Shown here in pieces: positions 48,363-59,288 of a stretch of DNA of 64,000 nucleotides. A program made the translations under genes and the position numbers. The stretch is from an uncultured virus (IMG/VR IMGVR_UViG_3300036466_000576) (Duplodnaviria > Heunggongvirae > Uroviricota > Caudoviricetes). Location: the IMG/VR virus record IMGVR_UViG_3300036466_000576; one strand, 5' to 3'. The notes beneath the pieces are model-generated. The model did no database searches. It saw nothing but the letters and a program-made list of their open reading frames with translations, and had not been told where the DNA came from. Position 1 is the stretch's first letter. The number at the start of each line of letters is the position of its first letter.

Positions 48363-50327
48363 TTATTCAATCAAATATTTCTCATTAATATCGGTACTTT
48401 TAATTGTATCAATGCTTAAATCATTTGTCATAATATTTTTTAGCCAATTAAACTTTGATTCATTATATATTCCATTATTAAATTTGTTTTTTATAGAATT
48501 TTCAACATCACTGCTTAAATAATTATATTCTTTTAATGAATTGTATATATTAGCAATTCCACTTGTATCAAACTTATTGGATTGAATTAAATAATAACTA
48601 TTTAAATTAGGTGGTTTATTTATATCACTAACGCTTAATGAGACTAACCCATATTTATTAATACTATCTTTAACTTCCTGCACTTTATTATTATATAGAT
48701 TATTGTTGTAATTATTATATTCATTAATTTTATTCTGCAAATTGTCTAAATAATTATTTTTATCATTTAACCAACTGCTGTAGCTAGGAATATAAATATT
48801 TTTATACTCATTAACCAAATTATTAATTTTTTTATCTAATAAAGCATTATATTCATTAACAGTTTCTGTGTACTGATTATATTGATACCTATTACTGTTC
48901 AGTTTACCCTGTCTGGTTTCTAATTTTTGCTTCAAAAGGATATATATTTTTCTCATATTTTCATAATCCTTATTATCATTAATTTCAACTTTTTCTCCCA
49001 GATAATTACTTCTATTATTATAATTAACAAATCTATCTAATTTATCAAAAAATTTATCACTATCTTCTAAATCATTTTTATTATATTGTTTTTTAATAAA
49101 ATCATCTAAAGATTCATAGGCATCTCTTGCAAGATTATATCTATTTAAGTAATCACTAAAATCCCTATATCCTTTTACATTCCCAGATATTAATGAACTA
49201 CTAATTTCTTCACTATTGCCAGAAGCTAAAGAAGTTTTTCTGTCAGCAATCATATTCGGTGAATTACCTGGATATGGGGGTTTATCTTCTACTTCAACAA
49301 AAGAATATTTGGTGATGTTAGTTAGCAATGTTTTATTGTATAAACTTCCATCTTTATCAAAAATAGGTATATCTGGTTTGGTGTATTTTATAGCAGTAGG
49401 TTTATCTGGTAAACTTGAAATTTGTTTATAATTATTAATATTATTTATGGGTTTAGGATTGTTATTTATATAGACAGAAATATTTTTAGTAATACTTGCA
49501 CCCGTTGAATCAGTAACAGTTAAATTAAAAGATCTTCTTGTACTGCCAGAAGATTTTCCATTATTTATATCATAGCCTGGTTTCCAATTAACTTGATAAC
49601 CATTAGATACTTTTCTAAATGTCATTCCTGATGGAACACCACTTGTTGAATATGACAAATCTCCAGTTCCACCCTTCACATTTATCAAATGTATGGATCT
49701 TTCTCCTTCAGTAAAAGTTAATGATGAGGTCTGAATTTGGGGTTTTGATTTATTTTTGACATAATACATTTCAAAAGCATAAACACTATTCATTTCTACA
49801 TAAAAAGGACTAACATCTAATTCTAAAACCAAATCATAAGAATAATTTTCTTCTATATTTATATAATTTTCAGTGTTATATGTTTTATAATTAAAATTTA
49901 TTCTTGAGTTAAAAAAACCACCTGAATAAAAATAATCCATTCTTGAATTAGGAACTCCATTATTATATAAAGATAAATTATATACATCTACAACCTTATT
50001 ATTTTTATTTCTTTTATAAATTTCAGCATTTATCCACCCTCTATTCAAATTAAACATACTTTTAAATTCAGCTCCACTTCCTGCAAAGTATAATTTTCCC
50101 ATTTTTGTTTCACTTCTATCTAAAAGAGGAATTTGTTTTCTAGTATTATCATTTCCCATGATAAAGCTATATCCATATATTTTTTTTTGATAATTTGTTA
50201 TATTGTTTTTGAATTGATAATTAATGTCTCCATATCCATCTCTAATAAAAACATCTTTAGCTAAAATATTATGAGAAAATATTAAAATAAAAAATAACCC
50301 AATTATAATTATTTTATTTTTTTTCAT
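48363..50327 (-). CDS. Secreted protein with Ig/cadherin-like domain
   Basis: Signal peptide; GGTGDLSYS..GVPSGMTF..WKP..FNLTVTDS. Confidence 0.75.
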   Translation of the reverse strand: MKKNKIIIIGLFFILIFSHNILAKDVFIRDGYGDINYQFKNNITNYQKKIYGYSFIMGNDNTRKQIPLLDRSETKMGKLYFAGSGAEFKSMFNLNRGWINAEIYKRNKNNKVVDVYNLSLYNNGVPNSRMDYFYSGGFFNSRINFNYKTYNTENYINIEENYSYDLVLELDVSPFYVEMNSVYAFEMYYVKNKSKPQIQTSSLTFTEGERSIHLINVKGGTGDLSYSTSGVPSGMTFRKVSNGYQVNWKPGYDINNGKSSGSTRRSFNLTVTDSTGASITKNISVYINNNPKPINNINNYKQISSLPDKPTAIKYTKPDIPIFDKDGSLYNKTLLTNITKYSFVEVEDKPPYPGNSPNMIADRKTSLASGNSEEISSSLISGNVKGYRDFSDYLNRYNLARDAYESLDDFIKKQYNKNDLEDSDKFFDKLDRFVNYNNRSNYLGEKVEINDNKDYENMRKIYILLKQKLETRQGKLNSNRYQYNQYTETVNEYNALLDKKINNLVNEYKNIYIPSYSSWLNDKNNYLDNLQNKINEYNNYNNNLYNNKVQEVKDSINKYGLVSLSVSDINKPPNLNSYYLIQSNKFDTSGIANIYNSLKEYNYLSSDVENSIKNKFNNGIYNESKFNWLKNIMTNDLSIDTIKSTDINEKYLIE

Positions 50328-50506
50328 ATTAACACCTCCTTTTTTAAAAATAAACAAGTTTTGAAAATAAACAATTATAATTATATTATTTTTAGAAAAA
50401 ACTTACAAGTATTAACATATTTATTAATTGTATCTTAATTATAACATTTATTTACTTTATATATAAAAATAAACACCCACAATTAAGTAAGTGTTAGTTG
50501 TCAAAA

Positions 50507-50992
50507 TTATTTTATTTTTTTATAATAAAAAGAATATTTATCCCACATTAAATAATTCTCCATATTCAACAGAAAAACATCTCCTGCTCCTCTAGAATAA
50601 GGGTTTTCTTTTGCATATTTATAACTCCAATCGAAAAGGGTTTCAATTAAATGGTCAGTAACTAATTCGTTTTCTATATTTTTTTCTTTGTGATATGATC
50701 CAAATTCTTTTTCATAATCATGTATTCTTATAATACTGTATTTATCGTTTCCATATATTTTGGTTTTGCTTTTTCTTTTTGATTTATATTTTCTTTCTTC
50801 TCTGTAAGAAAGAGAATTTATCCTGTTGTAAAACTTAGTCGTAAAAAGAGAAAGCAAATCTTTTTGAATATTTAAAACATCTTTTGAATTAAAATCTCCA
50901 CTTGATGTTAGATCAGCCGAATATCTATTTAAAAAATTTGATAGTATTCTTTTTAGTTTTTCTGGTTTCATATAGTTTGGGTAATAGATCAT
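50507..50992 (-). CDS. Hypothetical protein
   Basis: 161 aa. Confidence 0.6.
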   Translation of the reverse strand: MIYYPNYMKPEKLKRILSNFLNRYSADLTSSGDFNSKDVLNIQKDLLSLFTTKFYNRINSLSYREERKYKSKRKSKTKIYGNDKYSIIRIHDYEKEFGSYHKEKNIENELVTDHLIETLFDWSYKYAKENPYSRGAGDVFLLNMENYLMWDKYSFYYKKIK

Positions 50993-51498
50993 ATTAATCT
51001 CTCTTTTCTTTAAAAGCTATATACTTATAAGTCCCTGTACCTAAATCTTCTAGTTCAGCACTATCATAATTCCAACCCTTCATATTAACCAAATAATCTT
51101 CTAACTCCTCTCTAGCGTGATCCTCGTCTTCTCCATCAATATACCCTTCGTCAACAATCATTTTTGGCATTTATTTTCCTCCTTTTTAATTTTCTTTGGT
51201 AATAATTTATATTTAAATCTTTTATTTAATATTTTTAGGTTTCGTGCTATCCAATATCTGAAATGTAGAACAAAATATATGTCCTTAAAACCTACCCCAA
51301 AAAATTCTAATTCACCGTTATCTCTTATTAATAAAGACATTCTTTCAAATTTCATCATAAATGTAGAACCTTCAAGTTCTTTTGTTTCTGCTCTATATTT
51401 GAGGTTTAAAAATTTTTTCAGTTTTTTAAAGTCTATTTCTAAATTTTTGTTTTTTGGGACAAATTTAATGTTTTTTTCATAAAATAACCTCCAAAAAC

Positions 51499-52047
51499 TT
51501 AATTAATTTTAAAATTAATAGTTTTATCTTTATTAAAAGGAGTAAACTCAATCAACAATTTATCATTAAAATTAAACCACCCATTAACAAATTGTTCTCT
51601 TTCTAGAGAATGATTTAAAAAATAATTTAGAGATCTCCCATTAATTTTAAAACTCTCTACCCAACCATAAAAGAAAATATCGTCATTTTCATAAATGCTC
51701 AACTCTCCAGAATTTAAATTAAAAGATAAACTTTTTTTGCTGGCCAATATATCAATACATTCCACTTCTGAATAGTTGAAGTTTTGTTCTAACTTATTAT
51801 TATTATTATCTTTAAAAATTATATTTAAATTTTCTTCTTTTTTCATAGTTAAATATTTTTCAAAAGCATTTAACAAGCTTTCATCAAAATCTCTATCATT
51901 AATAATTTCTTCTCCACAATTTTGACAAATATGCTTTTTAACACTTTCTTTAATTTCTTTCTCTTTGATTTTATGTGTTATTTGACCATTAATTTCTTTA
52001 AAATCCTTATCATTAAAACATTTAGTGCAAAAAAGAGCTTTCTTCAT
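51499..52047 (-). CDS. Protein with N-terminal MqsA/YgiT-type zinc finger
   Basis: CTKC...CQNCGEE. Confidence 0.65.
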   Translation of the reverse strand: MKKALFCTKCFNDKDFKEINGQITHKIKEKEIKESVKKHICQNCGEEIINDRDFDESLLNAFEKYLTMKKEENLNIIFKDNNNNKLEQNFNYSEVECIDILASKKSLSFNLNSGELSIYENDDIFFYGWVESFKINGRSLNYFLNHSLEREQFVNGWFNFNDKLLIEFTPFNKDKTINFKIN

Positions 52048-52238
52048 AAAATCATTCCCTTTTTAATGTATTTTATTCTATATTTATTATATCATCTCTA
52101 ACATAAATTAACAAATTTTACATATTTAAAAATTATCTCTAAAATTTACATAAAACCTGCCTTATGATATAATTAAAATAACTTATTAAATAAAAGACAT
52201 TTTTAAAAAACTAAAACAAAAAGGAGAGATTTTAAATT

Positions 52239-52514
52239 ATGACAAAGACTAAAAAACAACCCAAATATGTTGACTGCGAACACAAAATTGGAGAAGAAGC
52301 ACTTTTTAAAGACGAAAATGGAATGTATTATGGAGTTGATATTGAACATTGTGATAGTGATGAATCCTGTAAATATGAATTAACAGGACTATGCCAGGAA
52401 AGAGAAGTTTCTCAAGCAGAAAAAGAAAAATGGGCTAAAATTAATGACCCAGACCATAAAGACCATAAACAAATTCAAATTGAGGATGATTATTTCACAT
52501 ATCAAGGACAATAA
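52239..52514 (+). CDS. Hypothetical protein
   Basis: 91 aa, RBS, upstream of ligA. Confidence 0.65.
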   Translation: MTKTKKQPKYVDCEHKIGEEALFKDENGMYYGVDIEHCDSDESCKYELTGLCQEREVSQAEKEKWAKINDPDHKDHKQIQIEDDYFTYQGQ

Positions 52515-52549
52515 TATTTTAAAATTAAATCACAATAGGAGGAATAATA

Positions 52550-54451
52550 ATGCTAGATACTAAACAAGAAATGAGAAATTTAGAAAAACATTTAAATTAC
52601 CATAACTACAAATATTATACTCTTAATCAACCAGAAATTACTGACAAAGAGTATGATGAAATGTATTATAGACTAAGAGAATTAGAAAAAGAAAACCCAG
52701 AATTAGCATCAGAAAACAGTCCAACTCAAAAAGTTGGTTCAGAAATTCTTAAAAATAGTTTAGAGAAAAAAGAACATTCTTCCCCCATGTTATCCCTTGA
52801 TAAAGCACGGGATACTGGCGAATTAAGAGAATGGCTTAATAAACAGTATAAAGCATACGGAGAAATTCCAGTTGGTCTATATACTAAAGCTGACGGCTTG
52901 AGTGTTACCCTAACTTATGGAGAAAACGGTTATCTTCAATCTGCTGTTACCAGAGGTAATGGATTTGTTGGAGAGGATGTAACTCATTCTGCATTAGAAA
53001 TACCAACTATTCAAAACCAGATATTATCAGTAGAAGCTAGAGAATACAGAGGAGAAGTTGTATTACCTGGAGATAGACTAGAAAAAATAAACAAAAGTCG
53101 ATTAAAAGAAGATAAAAATAAATATTCTAATTCCAGAAATGCTGCTTCAGGGATTTTAAGGAATAAAGAGTTATCTCCATATATAAAAGAACTTTCATTT
53201 GTTGACCATGATGGGGATGAAGCTCTTATTGAAGTAGTTGAACTTTCTGAAGAAGGTATTGAAGAAATTGTTTCCATATGTGAAAATACTGAAGTTAATA
53301 GAGATAGTTTTGGATTTGCTATTGATGGAGTTGTTCTGAAAATTGAAAACTACAGCATTAGAGAAGAACTTGGTTCTACTGGTCATCATCCAAAGTGGGC
53401 TGTTGCCTTTAAATTTGAAGCTGAGTCAGAGCTTACAACCCTTAAAGACATAGAATATCAGGTATCTCGGACAGGTAGAATTAATCCTGTTGGAGTTATT
53501 GAAGAGATTGAGCTTACTGGAGCTAAAATTAATAAGGTAACATTACACAACTATGAGTTTATAAAAATGATGAAATTAAATACTGGTGATCAAGTTGTAG
53601 TAGAAAGAGCTGGAGATGTTATCCCTAAAATCATTAAAAATGAAAATAAGGATAAAACATCTTTTGAATTAGAATACCCAAAAGAGTGTCCAGTATGTGG
53701 TGGAGAAACAGAATTTAATCTAGAGAAAAACTTCCTCTACTGCTCTAATCCAAACTGTTCTGCAAAAAGCCTATATACATTCGAACATTTTGTAAAAAGA
53801 ATGGATATCAAGGCTTTAGGTATTAAAACATTGGAGCAGTTAATTGAAAATATGGATTTAAGATATCCCGTTGATCTATATGAATTATCACCAGAAGATA
53901 TTATAGAAAATGTAGATAATACTAAAGATAAGAAAGCCAATAAAATTTATAATAATATCCAGGAAAGTTTAAATGCTCCTCTTTGGAGAGTTATAGCTGC
54001 ACTTGGAATTGACGGTTGTGGTCGTAGTGTTTCTAAAGATATTGCTGATCGGGTTAAATCTCTTAAAGGGTTTGAAGATGTAAATATTAACACTCTTTAT
54101 GAAATTGATGGTGTTGGTGATACAGTAGCTAACAACATTATAGACTATATTAATTCTATGACTGGAAAAGTAATGCTAGATAGTCTAATAGAATTAAACG
54201 CAGGAAACTACGAAGAAAAAGAACAAAATATCGACACAAGATTTGCGATTACTGGAAGTTTTAATCTTTCCAGAAAAGATATTAAAGCTATTATCGAACA
54301 AAATGGTGGTGAAGTAAAAGGATTTTCTGGTAAGACAGAAGTTTTACTTGCTGGAGATAGTGCTGGAAGTAAACTGGAAAAAGCTAAAAGTAAAGGTATT
54401 GAAGTGTGGGATAGAGAAAAAACTGAAGAATTTTTGGAAGGGTTACAATAA
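52550..54451 (+). CDS. ligA: NAD-dependent DNA ligase
   Basis: PMLSL, KADG, TRGNG..GEDVT, DGVVLK, WAVAFK, Zn finger, HhH, BRCT. Confidence 0.96.
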   Translation: MLDTKQEMRNLEKHLNYHNYKYYTLNQPEITDKEYDEMYYRLRELEKENPELASENSPTQKVGSEILKNSLEKKEHSSPMLSLDKARDTGELREWLNKQYKAYGEIPVGLYTKADGLSVTLTYGENGYLQSAVTRGNGFVGEDVTHSALEIPTIQNQILSVEAREYRGEVVLPGDRLEKINKSRLKEDKNKYSNSRNAASGILRNKELSPYIKELSFVDHDGDEALIEVVELSEEGIEEIVSICENTEVNRDSFGFAIDGVVLKIENYSIREELGSTGHHPKWAVAFKFEAESELTTLKDIEYQVSRTGRINPVGVIEEIELTGAKINKVTLHNYEFIKMMKLNTGDQVVVERAGDVIPKIIKNENKDKTSFELEYPKECPVCGGETEFNLEKNFLYCSNPNCSAKSLYTFEHFVKRMDIKALGIKTLEQLIENMDLRYPVDLYELSPEDIIENVDNTKDKKANKIYNNIQESLNAPLWRVIAALGIDGCGRSVSKDIADRVKSLKGFEDVNINTLYEIDGVGDTVANNIIDYINSMTGKVMLDSLIELNAGNYEEKEQNIDTRFAITGSFNLSRKDIKAIIEQNGGEVKGFSGKTEVLLAGDSAGSKLEKAKSKGIEVWDREKTEEFLEGLQ

Positions 54452-54534
54452 AATATATAAGGACATCCTGATTAATTTCAGGGTGTCTTTTTTTATTACT
54501 ATTTAAATCCGTTTTTAGATCAATAGGCATCGGT

Positions 54535-55034
54535 CCTTATCATCTGGATGCGGCTTCCTGAAAGTATTTAGTAAATATTGATTTAAAAGAAGTTTTGTTT
54601 TTAATTTGAGGTGTAATCAAAGTCCTGACTGGATTGGACACGCCTTGGATTAATTAAACCTTATTTAAAAGAAGTTTTAAGTTTTTTAATAAAATAATCC
54701 TGTATTCAAATGAAGGTAAGTTATATATTCTTTACTCATTTGAATCATTCTTTTTATCATAGTATTGGAATAAAATATATCTAATCATTTCAGATATCCC
54801 AATACCTTTTTCATTAGCTTCTTTATCCAATTGATCCCTTAATTCTTTAGATAAAGATATTTGTGTTCGTTCCATATTATTATCACCTCTTGATACTATT
54901 ATATCACAATATGGTGTAATAATAAGTATTAAATGATGTTTTATTTGTTTTTTTAATAAAAAAACCGTAGCAATTCCTCTCCCACTAAATCAGAGTAAAG
55001 ATTTAGAAGGAGTTTCCTTGCTACATTTCGGTGA
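54535..55034 (-). mobile_element. Internally deleted IS200/IS605 (IS1341-type) element
   Basis: End hairpin TAGCAAGGAAACTCC..GGGAGAGGAATTGCTA at ~54966-55024; tnpB 3'-end/reRNA-like remnant (GTGTCCAATCCAGTCAGG..GGAAGCC) at ~54540-54650. Confidence 0.5.
54732..54875 (-). CDS. CopG/RHH protein (47 aa) inside IS remnant
   Basis: MERTQISLSKELRDQLDKEANEKGIGISEMIRYIL; RBS GAGGTG. Confidence 0.7.
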   Translation of the reverse strand: MERTQISLSKELRDQLDKEANEKGIGISEMIRYILFQYYDKKNDSNE

Positions 55035-55053
55035 ATGCCTTGCTCTTTTAATA

Positions 55054-55596
55054 TTATTCAAAAACCATTTTTGTAATGCCATCATAATAGAGATGAAATT
55101 CTTCTACAAATTCTTCTTGAAGTTTGCTTTCAGATTTTTGAATATTATAAGAACCCACTAACAAATCAGATTTCTTGATAAACTCTGTGTAATCATCAGA
55201 TCCTAAAAAATAAACATTATCTTCATCTGGTTGCATATGGATAATATGTTCAAGAGAATCAATGGTTTCAAACTCAAAATTGTCTTTTCTTAAATTATCC
55301 CCATAAAAGTTATGAACTTTACCATCAACGGTTAAAACAAGAATATTAAAATCAGTAGGTTTTTCTCCAAAAACTACAGCACCATTAATGATTTCATTTT
55401 CTTTTTCTGCAAAAACATTTTCAATAAAGGAATAGTATTCTTCTGTTTCTCCAACAGCTATAACAGCTTCTTCTTCTGAATTTGGTGCTGGAGCATAAAA
55501 ATAATCTGGAACATAATAAACTCCTGCTACTATAACTATAACAGCGAGCAGACCAAAAACCATTTTTGTTACCATATCTTTTTCTTCTTTTTTCAT
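55054..55596 (-). CDS. Membrane-anchored acidic protein
   Basis: N-terminal TM, RBS AAGGAG. Confidence 0.7.
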   Translation of the reverse strand: MKKEEKDMVTKMVFGLLAVIVIVAGVYYVPDYFYAPAPNSEEEAVIAVGETEEYYSFIENVFAEKENEIINGAVVFGEKPTDFNILVLTVDGKVHNFYGDNLRKDNFEFETIDSLEHIIHMQPDEDNVYFLGSDDYTEFIKKSDLLVGSYNIQKSESKLQEEFVEEFHLYYDGITKMVFE

Positions 55597-55697
55597 TTCA
55601 CATTCTCCTTAATAATTATTGTATTATTAATTATACCATTTTTGCAAGAAAATGTAAATAAAGATAAAATAAAAAGACCACATTGTAGTGATCTTTT

Positions 55698-56050
55698 TTA
55701 ACAATATCTATTAATTAAATTTATAATTTCTTCGTTAGATAAGTTTTCTCTATCTTTTTTAGAATAAATTGTTAGCAAATATATTCCCCTATCATTTTTA
55801 ACAACATAATAAATCAATCTGAAACCGTTCGATTTTCCAACATTAATGCTTGAATTAGCGACTCTAACCTTATAAGATGATTTGATTCTGCTAACCCTAA
55901 ATTAGAAATTTCTTCCCCAATTAACTTCCCCTGTTTCAATCTAGAAATTACTTCTTCGATATCATCATCTATTTTAAAATATTTTTTCTTTTTTTTATAA
56001 TATTTAACATCCTTTTGAAATTGATGAGTAGCAAAAATTTGATAAGTCAA
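55698..56050 (-). pseudogene. RelE/ParE-family toxin, frameshifted
   Basis: FQKDVK..KK then, in shifted frame, YKVRVANSS..GKSNGFRLIYY..LLTIYSKKD. Confidence 0.75.
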
Positions 56051-56206
56051 CTATTTATGTTTCTTCTTAGAATCATTTTTATTTAATTCGTTTCTAAATT
56101 GATTCCAGGTGGTTTTAGGCTTTTGATTTTCTCTCATTTTCTTCATTTCGATTAAAGAGTTTTTTAAAGATTCTTTAGGAGTACAAGGTCTCTTTGTTGT
56201 AATCAT
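56051..56206 (-). CDS. Putative antitoxin (51 aa)
   Basis: RPCTPKESLKNSLIEMKKMR..TW, directly upstream of toxin; RBS GGGAGG. Confidence 0.65.
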   Translation of the reverse strand: MITTKRPCTPKESLKNSLIEMKKMRENQKPKTTWNQFRNELNKNDSKKKHK

Positions 56207-56363
56207 AATTATTACCTCCCTGTTTTTCTATATATATTATATTATGTTAGTCTTTGAAATTCAAAAACCAACAAATAAGTTATTAAAATAATGCCAACTG
56301 TTTTTCATTTAAATTTTCTTTATATAAAAGTTTTTTTCAAATTGTTTTTATTATTAATTGCTT

Positions 56364-57335
56364 CTATTTTTTTAATTTGCTTTTTGACTTTACTTTAAAA
56401 CTATCTGTTGGTTCTACCATTCCCAAAAGCATTAAATTAACTTTTACATACTTATTTTCTTCTTTAGGCTTCCACACCCCTACCAATTTTTCCTGCTGTA
56501 AAGCGTAGTTCACAGTGTGCAGAGTACCACTTTTAACACCAGTTTCTACAACTAAAACCCCTTTAGTCAGTCCACTCTGCAACCTGTCTCTCCTTACGAA
56601 ATAATAAGGAGCTGTCTTTATAGAAGGAGGTAGCTCTGACATTAAAAACCCATTACTTTTAATTATTATATCAGCTATTTTTTCGTTTTCTTTAGGATAA
56701 ACTTCTTCAGCTAAACCGTGAGCTAATACAGCACCAGTTTTATTTTCTGTTCTAAGAGAACCAATATGTCCCCAGGTATCAGCACCTTTTGCCAAACCAC
56801 TTATATTCCAAAAACCATTTTCACTTAATGTTTTTCCGAAAGAATAAGCAACTTTCATTCCAGTTTTATCAATCTCTCTACTGCCAATTACAGCAAAAGA
56901 TTTTTCTAATTCTTTATCTGAAGGGAAATAACCTTTATAAAAAAACATAATTGGACTTAAGTCTATATTTTTAAGTCTATCTGGGTATTTTTTTTCTTCG
57001 TAGAAAACACAATTGATATTGTTTTCTTTACAAAGTTTTATTTCAGTTTTAGCCTGGTTTTCTAGCTCTTGAAATAAACTTCTATTAAATAAAACTTCTT
57101 TTGTTTTTTGAACTTTATTTTCATAATAATTACTATTTTTATCAAAAGTTTCTTCGATAAACTCACCTACCTCTTTTGTATTTAGATCAAAAAGATTAAC
57201 CTCTTTTTCTAAAGAAGTTTTGAATAATTTAACAAGATAGTACAGTCTAATTAATGGTTTGCTGTAATTAGAATAAATTTCATACTTAGCTGCAAGCAGA
57301 GAAAAAACGAAATATTCTTTTTTAGTATAGAGCAT
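56364..57335 (-). CDS. dprA: DprA/Smf DNA-processing protein
   Basis: YPDRL, AVIGSR, ISGLAKGAD..H, FVRRDRLQSG, SGTLHT. Confidence 0.88.
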   Translation of the reverse strand: MLYTKKEYFVFSLLAAKYEIYSNYSKPLIRLYYLVKLFKTSLEKEVNLFDLNTKEVGEFIEETFDKNSNYYENKVQKTKEVLFNRSLFQELENQAKTEIKLCKENNINCVFYEEKKYPDRLKNIDLSPIMFFYKGYFPSDKELEKSFAVIGSREIDKTGMKVAYSFGKTLSENGFWNISGLAKGADTWGHIGSLRTENKTGAVLAHGLAEEVYPKENEKIADIIIKSNGFLMSELPPSIKTAPYYFVRRDRLQSGLTKGVLVVETGVKSGTLHTVNYALQQEKLVGVWKPKEENKYVKVNLMLLGMVEPTDSFKVKSKSKLKK

Positions 57336-57364
57336 TTTAACCTCCTTAAAATATACTCAATAAT

Positions 57365-57634
57365 TTAACTATTTTTTAACAAATTATAAAGATTGGGCTT
57401 ATTTTCTTTTAATTTCGTTCTATACAGCCTAATATGTTCAATATACCCATCATCGTTATAATCAATATCAACTAAATCTTCTTTTTCAAGAAAACTAATT
57501 AACATATCTATTCCATATTCAGAATAGAAAGGTAAAACCTTATCGGCTATTTCCTTATAGTTTAAACCATTTTTATGATTAAAAAGATTTGAGATCAATA
57601 TATTCTTTTTTTTGTTTAAGTATTTGTTGTCCAT
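57365..57634 (-). CDS. Hypothetical wHTH-like protein
   Basis: 89 aa, RBS AGGAGG. Confidence 0.6.
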   Translation of the reverse strand: MDNKYLNKKKNILISNLFNHKNGLNYKEIADKVLPFYSEYGIDMLISFLEKEDLVDIDYNDDGYIEHIRLYRTKLKENKPNLYNLLKNS

Positions 57635-57656
57635 TGTCTTCCTCCTATTATTAATT

Positions 57657-58349
57657 ATTAAAATTAATCTTCCTCATAAAATTCTTCGCAATATATAGCA
57701 GTAGTTGGAATTGATTTACCAACTCCACATTTATTAATATAATTGACTCTCTGATACTTTACTCCTCTTCTATCAAATTCTTTTAATATGTCAGAGATGG
57801 TGGAACTTCTTCAGGAATATATTTAAGCTTTATGCTTGTTTTAAAACTTAAATGTTCTATTGAACCATCTGTATATTGTTCAATTTTGACTTTCTTTTTA
57901 GCCTTTCTAATTTCCTCATAATCTTCATCTTTTGAGATTAAATAATTACAAACCTCGAGAATTTCAAGACTAGCTATATTTTTAGAAAGATGCTTAAAAT
58001 CATAAGATTCTTCCCAAACATCTCTCCCCAGGTCGTCAAGATTGGCGTTTTTAGCAATTTTTACATTATCCTTATAATATTCAGTAAAAGAACTAATATG
58101 TCTATCAAGACTATCTAATACTGTGTATTAATTCTTATTAATAAATTTCCATTCTTTCTAAAGCAGTAATTGCATTTGCGATTTCCTTAAAAACTTCTTT
58201 TTGTTCAGTCAATGACCTGTTAGAAGATGCAAAGTTTAAAACAAGGTTTTTCCCATCAAGATTATACTCATAGCTTATTGTAACAGGATCAGCCTTGAAA
58301 CCGTAGTCATTAAGTATTTCTACAGCTCTCTTTTTTTGTTTTATCCATA
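57657..58349 (-). pseudogene. Decayed gene of unknown function
   Basis: RBS+ATG at 58349 followed by protein-like frames interrupted by stops and frameshifts. Confidence 0.4.
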
Positions 58350-58374
58350 TTATTTTCTCCTTAATATTAAAATT

Positions 58375-58734
58375 TTACTTATATCTCATGACAGTCCTAA
58401 AAGAGACCCCAAGTTCTTCAGCTACCTTCTCCCAGGTACCCAACTCCTCGTATAGATTATTTAAAACTTCTTTATTTCTATGTGGAGCCTGTTCTTCCTT
58501 AACTCTTTTCTCAATTATTTTTTTAGTTTTTTTGCCCCCATTTACCGAACGATGATACCAGTTCAATTTATGAACAAGCTTTAAAATATTATATTGTTCT
58601 GGATTAATAACCTCTAACCTTTTCATTTGTCTATAAACAAGTTTTTCTGATATATCAAACCTTTTTGCGACTTCAGAATAGGTTAAATTATCTTTAATAA
58701 TATGCTCTGCTAATATCTCAGAAAAATATCTCAT
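58375..58734 (-). CDS. Double HTH protein
   Basis: TYSEVAKRFDISEKLV; TWEKVAEELGVSFRTV. Confidence 0.7.
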   Translation of the reverse strand: MRYFSEILAEHIIKDNLTYSEVAKRFDISEKLVYRQMKRLEVINPEQYNILKLVHKLNWYHRSVNGGKKTKKIIEKRVKEEQAPHRNKEVLNNLYEELGTWEKVAEELGVSFRTVMRYK

Positions 58735-58752
58735 ATTTAAAACCTCTTTCTT

Positions 58753-59271
58753 TTATACTTTTCCTGCATATTTGGCTTTTTCAAAATTATCTGTAACATG
58801 ATATTTGGTAGTTTTGCTACAGAAAAGTTCATAATTGGAGTAATCAGTCTGCCAGCTTTCTTTTAGTTTTTCTTCTAAACTATATGGCAGGTTAAAAATT
58901 CTTATATTTTCTACGATCATATTTTTTTTGCTATCAACAGCAAAAAGATTTAGGAGTAAACCCTTATCTTGATTAATATATTTTTGCATCCTATTATCAC
59001 TATACTTATCGGGATTAAAGAAAAACTCAAATATCAATGGGGTCCCAACAAATTTCAAATATATAATAATCATATTATTTTCTTCAAGAAGTTTAAACTT
59101 CATATTGTTGCTTCCGATTATTTCAATTTCTTCTTCTGTTATATTTGGTAGAAATAATGTAAAAACGGGATCTCCATCTTCAGTCATTTCCAGCAAGCCA
59201 CCACTTCTATTTTTAAATTTATCAATTTCATTAAAAAGTGTTAATTTTTCTCCAACCTCTATTTTAATCAT
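58753..59271 (-). CDS. Hypothetical protein
   Basis: 172 aa. Confidence 0.65.
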   Translation of the reverse strand: MIKIEVGEKLTLFNEIDKFKNRSGGLLEMTEDGDPVFTLFLPNITEEEIEIIGSNNMKFKLLEENNMIIIYLKFVGTPLIFEFFFNPDKYSDNRMQKYINQDKGLLLNLFAVDSKKNMIVENIRIFNLPYSLEEKLKESWQTDYSNYELFCSKTTKYHVTDNFEKAKYAGKV

Positions 59272-59288
59272 TTATATCCCCCCCATAT

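Noticed and set aside
41926..50357. Diversity-generating retroelement or shufflon acting on surface proteins
   Set aside because: No reverse transcriptase, recombinase or TR/VR repeat pair seen in the window
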